Positions 60,075 through 64,000 of a DNA stretch of 64,000 bases are shown here, one piece after another. The stretch comes from an uncultured Methylomirabilota bacterium. Its GTDB lineage: Bacteria; Methylomirabilota; Methylomirabilia; Methylomirabilales; 2-02-FULL-66-22. The number at the start of each line of letters is the position of its first letter. The stretch's first letter is position 1. The stretch spans positions 4,928,001-4,992,000 of the forward strand of contig OY970067.1 of NCBI GenBank assembly GCA_963705305.1, given 5' to 3'. The notes under the pieces are model-generated. The model saw nothing but the letters and a program-made list of their open reading frames with translations. It was not told the origin of the DNA and did not search any database. Position numbers and translations under genes: made by a program.

Positions 60075-61507
60075 CGGACGTCCTCTTTCATCGAGCCCCG
60101 GGGGGCGGATGGCCCCCGTGTGGTCGGCACCAGGATGGCGACCGTCCGGTTATCCGGGACGAGGTACTGCGCGGCCACCCGTTGGACTTCCGCCGCGGTC
60201 ACCGCGCGGATCCCTTCCAGGTAGCCGTCCAGCAGCCGCCAGCTCGCCACCGACTCGTACGTTCCCAGCAGGCCGGCCAGGCGGTGCACCGAGTCCTGAG
60301 CGAAGATGAATTCCGCCTCGATCTGATTCTTCGCCTTGGCCAGCTCGCGCTCCGAGATCGGCTCGCGCTGCACGCACTCGATCTCGGCGAACAGGGCCCG
60401 CTCCAGGTCTTCCATCGACTTCCCGGGCAACGGGGCGGCGCTCAGACTGAAGAGGTAGGGATCCACGGACAGGCCGGAGTAGCTCGCGGACGCGGCGGAG
60501 GCCAATTGCTGCTCGTACACCAGGCGCTGGGGCAGGCGGGCGCTCTCGCCCCCCGCCAGGACATACCCCAGGACCTCCAGGGGAAAACTGTCCGGGTGGG
60601 TGATGGTGGGGGTGTGGTAGGCCGCGGAGAACAGGGGCAGCTCGGCCTCCTTCCTGACCGCGACGCGCCGCTCGCCCTGCTGGAGGGGCTCTACCGTCAC
60701 CACCTTGGGGGGGTCGGGGCCCCGCGGGATCGAGCCGAAGAGCGCCTGGATCTCGGCCAGGACGGCGTCCCTCCGGATGTCGCCGGCCACGATCAGCACG
60801 GCGTTGTTCGGCATATAATACCGCTGGTGGAAGCGCCGCAGGTCCTGGATGGTGTAGGCCTGGATGTCGCTCTCCCAGCCGATCACCGGCCAGCGGTACG
60901 GGTGCGCCAGGAATGCGGTCGCCCGCATGACCTCGCCCAGGACGCCGGCGGGCTGATCGTCGATCCGGAGGCGCCGCTCTTCCAGGACCACTTGGCGCTC
61001 CGGCAAGAACTCCTTCTCGTCCAGAGAGAGATGGGCCATCCGGTCCGCCTCCAGCTCCAGGGCCAGGTTCACCCGGTCGGCGGCAAAATCGATGTAGTAG
61101 GCGGTGTAGTTGGCCGTGGTGTAGGCGTTGTCCTGCCCCCCGTTCCGCTGGACGAGCCGGTCGAATTCCCTGGGGCCGATGCCGGGTGTGCCCTTGAAGA
61201 ACATGTGCTCGAGCATGTGGGTGAGGCCGGTCTTACCGGTCTCCTCGTTGCGGGACCCCACCTTGTAGTAGACCTGGACGCTCACCACCGGCGCCTTGTG
61301 CTCCTCCACCAGGAGGGCGGTGAGGCCGTTGGCGAGCGTGGTCTCGGAGATCCGGTCGGACAGGCTGGCCGCCCCAGCCGATCCGGCGAGCCGCAGCAGG
61401 AGCGCGCCCACGAGCAGGAGGGCGGCCGGGCCCGCCGGCCGCCCGAACGACCGACGAACAACCCGCAGGTCCGCCCCCGCTCGCGGAGGGACCGGCTGAA
61501 CTCCCAT
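60071..61507 (-). CDS. M16-family zinc peptidase, catalytic subunit
   Basis: GSRNE..GLTHMLEHM (HxxEH), NAYT, EERR, HPY; AAGGA RBS before ATG 61507. Confidence 0.9.
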   Translation of the reverse strand: MGVQPVPPRAGADLRVVRRSFGRPAGPAALLLVGALLLRLAGSAGAASLSDRISETTLANGLTALLVEEHKAPVVSVQVYYKVGSRNEETGKTGLTHMLEHMFFKGTPGIGPREFDRLVQRNGGQDNAYTTANYTAYYIDFAADRVNLALELEADRMAHLSLDEKEFLPERQVVLEERRLRIDDQPAGVLGEVMRATAFLAHPYRWPVIGWESDIQAYTIQDLRRFHQRYYMPNNAVLIVAGDIRRDAVLAEIQALFGSIPRGPDPPKVVTVEPLQQGERRVAVRKEAELPLFSAAYHTPTITHPDSFPLEVLGYVLAGGESARLPQRLVYEQQLASAASASYSGLSVDPYLFSLSAAPLPGKSMEDLERALFAEIECVQREPISERELAKAKNQIEAEFIFAQDSVHRLAGLLGTYESVASWRLLDGYLEGIRAVTAAEVQRVAAQYLVPDNRTVAILVPTTRGPSAPRGSMKEDVR

Positions 61508-61629
61508 TCCTTTCACTCCTTCGGGGTGAACGCGTCCCCGGGGGATCGAACGCGGATCAGGGGAGGGCTGGCCGTGGAGAGGGCCGGCGCGATCTGCCGC
61601 GTTCCCCGGAATCCTCTCCGGAAAACGGG

Positions 61630-62103
61630 TCAAGGGAGGTCGGGGCGGACCCGATCGCCGACCCGAATCCGCTCCCGGTCGGTGTAGCCGTCCGGCACCT
61701 CGAGCACCAGGTCCGCCGTGGCCGTGTAGGTCAGCACCGGACCGGCCGGCAATAGCGGTGGGGCGTGTTTCTCGATGTGGACGATGCGACCCTGCCGGAC
61801 CCACAGAATGTCCAGGGGGAATCGCATATCCTTCATCCAGATGGTGACCGGCTGCGGCTGCTCGTAGGGGAAGGCCATCCCCCAGCCCGGCCGCAAACCG
61901 GGCCGGCCGCTCAGTCCGCGGGCCTTCTCCTCCATCGTCCGGCACACCTCGACCGTCAGGTGGACCCGGCCGCCGATGGTCACCCGTCCCTTCGGCAGGG
62001 GCGGGTTCACTTCCACCGCCGCGGCCGGGAGCAGACAGGCCAGCACCAGCAGCAGGACGCTGCCGCTCGCGGTGAGAACGGCCCGGCGCGCTGTCTCCAT
62101 CAT
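61630..62103 (-). CDS. DUF192-family exported protein
   Basis: ARGL..GMAF..IWMKDMRFPLDI..VLEV. Confidence 0.88.
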   Translation of the reverse strand: MMETARRAVLTASGSVLLLVLACLLPAAAVEVNPPLPKGRVTIGGRVHLTVEVCRTMEEKARGLSGRPGLRPGWGMAFPYEQPQPVTIWMKDMRFPLDILWVRQGRIVHIEKHAPPLLPAGPVLTYTATADLVLEVPDGYTDRERIRVGDRVRPDLP

Positions 62104-63227
62104 CCCTCCGGCAGGTCGCCCAGCCGGACGACGATGCTGAGTGGCTTGCCGTCCCGCACCACATCCACCCGCACCTCGTCCCCGGGCTTCTTCTTGTCGT
62201 CCAGGACGGCGGTGAGATCGTCCACGGAGGCGATCTTCTCTCCGTCCACCGCCTGGATGATGTCTCCGCCGACGTTGACCAGGAAGTTGCCCACTCGGAT
62301 GCGTCGCTGCGCCCCGCGCAGGCCGGCCTGAGCCGCCGGTCCGCCGGGCGCCACCTGGGCCACCAGCACCCCCTGATTTACCGGCAGGTTCAGCGCCCGC
62401 GCCACTTCGGGGGTGATGTCCATCCCGCTGACCCCCAGCCAGGCGTGGCTGGCCCGGCCGCGGGCGATCAGCTCGGGCAGCAGCTTCTTGGCCGTGTTCA
62501 CCGGGATGGCAAAGCCGATCCCCACCGAGCCGCCGCTGGGCGTGAAAATGGCCGCGTTGATTCCAATGACCTCACCCCGCGAGTTCAGGAGCGGCCCTCC
62601 GGAATTGCCCGGATTGATGGCGGCGTCCGTCTGGATCACGTTGCGGATCTGCCGACCCGTGTCCGATTTCAGGCTGCGCCCCAGGGCGCTGACGACGCCG
62701 CGCGTGATCGTGCGGTCCAGCCCGAACGGATTGCCGATGGCGATCGCCATCTGCCCGATCTGCACCTGGCGCGAGTCCCCCAGCTTGAGCGGCGTCAGCT
62801 TCTCCTTGGGGGCGTGGATGCGGATGACGGCCAGGTCGCTGTTGGGATCGCGTCCGACGAGCTGCGCCGGAACCGTGCTCTTGTCCGCCAGCGTGACCTC
62901 CAACCGCTCGGCGTTCTCCACGACGTGATTGTTGGTGAGGATATAGCCCCGATCGTCGACGATGAATCCCGATCCGGTCCCCCGTTCGGGAACCACCTGG
63001 AAGAAGAAATCCTGGCTCAGGACGGTGCTGGTGATGTGGACGACGCCGGGACTCGCTGCACGGTACACCCCGATGACGACCTCTTCTTCCGGGGTGAGCT
63101 CCCCGGCGCCGCGGGCCAGCGCCTCGCCGGCGAATGCCGGGGCGATCAGAAATACGATCAACAGCAGGACCCACGGCGCATTCAGCCGCACTCTGGCACG
63201 GAGCGGCGACAGAGCTGGATGCATCAT
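62100..63227 (-). CDS. HtrA/DegP-like serine protease with one PDZ domain
   Basis: GSGF, TNNHVV, DLAV, QTDAAINPGNSGGPL, PDZ; start uncertain. Confidence 0.93.
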   Translation of the reverse strand: MMHPALSPLRARVRLNAPWVLLLIVFLIAPAFAGEALARGAGELTPEEEVVIGVYRAASPGVVHITSTVLSQDFFFQVVPERGTGSGFIVDDRGYILTNNHVVENAERLEVTLADKSTVPAQLVGRDPNSDLAVIRIHAPKEKLTPLKLGDSRQVQIGQMAIAIGNPFGLDRTITRGVVSALGRSLKSDTGRQIRNVIQTDAAINPGNSGGPLLNSRGEVIGINAAIFTPSGGSVGIGFAIPVNTAKKLLPELIARGRASHAWLGVSGMDITPEVARALNLPVNQGVLVAQVAPGGPAAQAGLRGAQRRIRVGNFLVNVGGDIIQAVDGEKIASVDDLTAVLDDKKKPGDEVRVDVVRDGKPLSIVVRLGDLPEG

Positions 63228-63498
63228 GTGCTCACTCTCCGAATCGTGACTGCAGGCCGAGCCTTCGGGCAGTCGCCCGGCGGGGCTCGGGGAGACAGGG
63301 CGCTCCGGACGCATCATAGCGGCCAGGGGCATGCGAACTTCGCCCGCGGCACCGGAAGAATAGCGGAGCTATCGATCAAAGGCAAGCGCCACCTGCCTCG
63401 AGAATTCCGGCCCGTGTTGCCCACCGGGAGACGGGATCGTACAATGGGGAAGCTGCCCCACCGCGGGACCGTCCGCATGCCCCACCGGAGGAGCGGGA

Positions 63499-64000
63499 AT
63501 GGCGTTGACGCGGAAATATCCATGGTACGGCTGGACGGGCGTGGGCATTCTCGTCGCCGGAGAGACGGGGCTGGTCCTGGGAGCCCTGGCGATCCGGGTC
63601 GCATTCTATTTCATCGCCTGGTGGTCCTACATTCTCCTGGTGGACGCCTGGGTATGGAAGCGGCGCGGCTGGTCCCTGCTGCGAGACCGGCCGCGGGAGT
63701 TTTTGGTCCTGGCCTTCTGGTCCGTGCCCGTCTGGAACCTGTTCGAGGCCATCAACTTCCGCCTGCAGAACTGGTTCTATGTCAACGTACCGGCGGGATT
63801 CCCGGATGGATTCCTCCCCAGCTGCCTGGCGTACGCCACCGTCCTGCCGGGCTTGTTCGAGACCTACGACCTCCTGCGGGTCTGGCAAGTCGCCGAGGGG
63901 CTGCGCATGCGGCCCTGGCGCATTCGTCCCCGCGGCCTGGTGCTGTGCGCCGCGCTGGGGGCGAGCATGCTGGCCGCGCCGCTCGCGTGGCCGCGGTACA
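63499..64000 (+). CDS. Trp-rich polytopic membrane protein (3' truncated by window; absent from the ORF track)
   Basis: GGAGGAG RBS; MALTRKYPWYGW..IAWWSYILLVD..WNLFEAINFRLQNWFY, open to the window end. Confidence 0.8.
   Translation, partial: MALTRKYPWYGWTGVGILVAGETGLVLGALAIRVAFYFIAWWSYILLVDAWVWKRRGWSLLRDRPREFLVLAFWSVPVWNLFEAINFRLQNWFYVNVPAGFPDGFLPSCLAYATVLPGLFETYDLLRVWQVAEGLRMRPWRIRPRGLVLCAALGASMLAAPLAWPRY

Overview
This is a GC-rich bacterial chromosomal window. Gene style and repeat families suggest Methylomirabilota (NC10/Rokubacteria-like), but that is an inference. It carries a two-component signalling cluster with small Cys-rich ORFs (1-7 kb), a peptide ABC system with a TIM-barrel isomerase and an uncharacterised Fe-S gene pair, a sugar-type ABC system plus mqnD, ilvBN-dusB, two branched-chain-type (liv) ABC operons, a GntR-putA unit, and an envelope protease/redox operon (htrA-DUF192-M16 pair-tlpA-ccdA-TPR). 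I saw no rRNA, tRNA, CRISPR array or transposase. The most striking non-genic signals are: (1) two identical copies of a 201-bp, ~50% GC miniature element with 24-bp Tn5/IS50-like terminal inverted repeats and 9-bp target duplications, both inserted inside genes (an HDAC-family deacetylase and livG); (2) a second short TIR-bounded repeat family at four sites, two of which contain a 39-bp twin-hairpin module nested inside another 39-bp module of the same design; (3) a 74-codon collapsed paralog of a solute-binding protein, stitched in frame from four non-contiguous segments, directly behind the intact gene.
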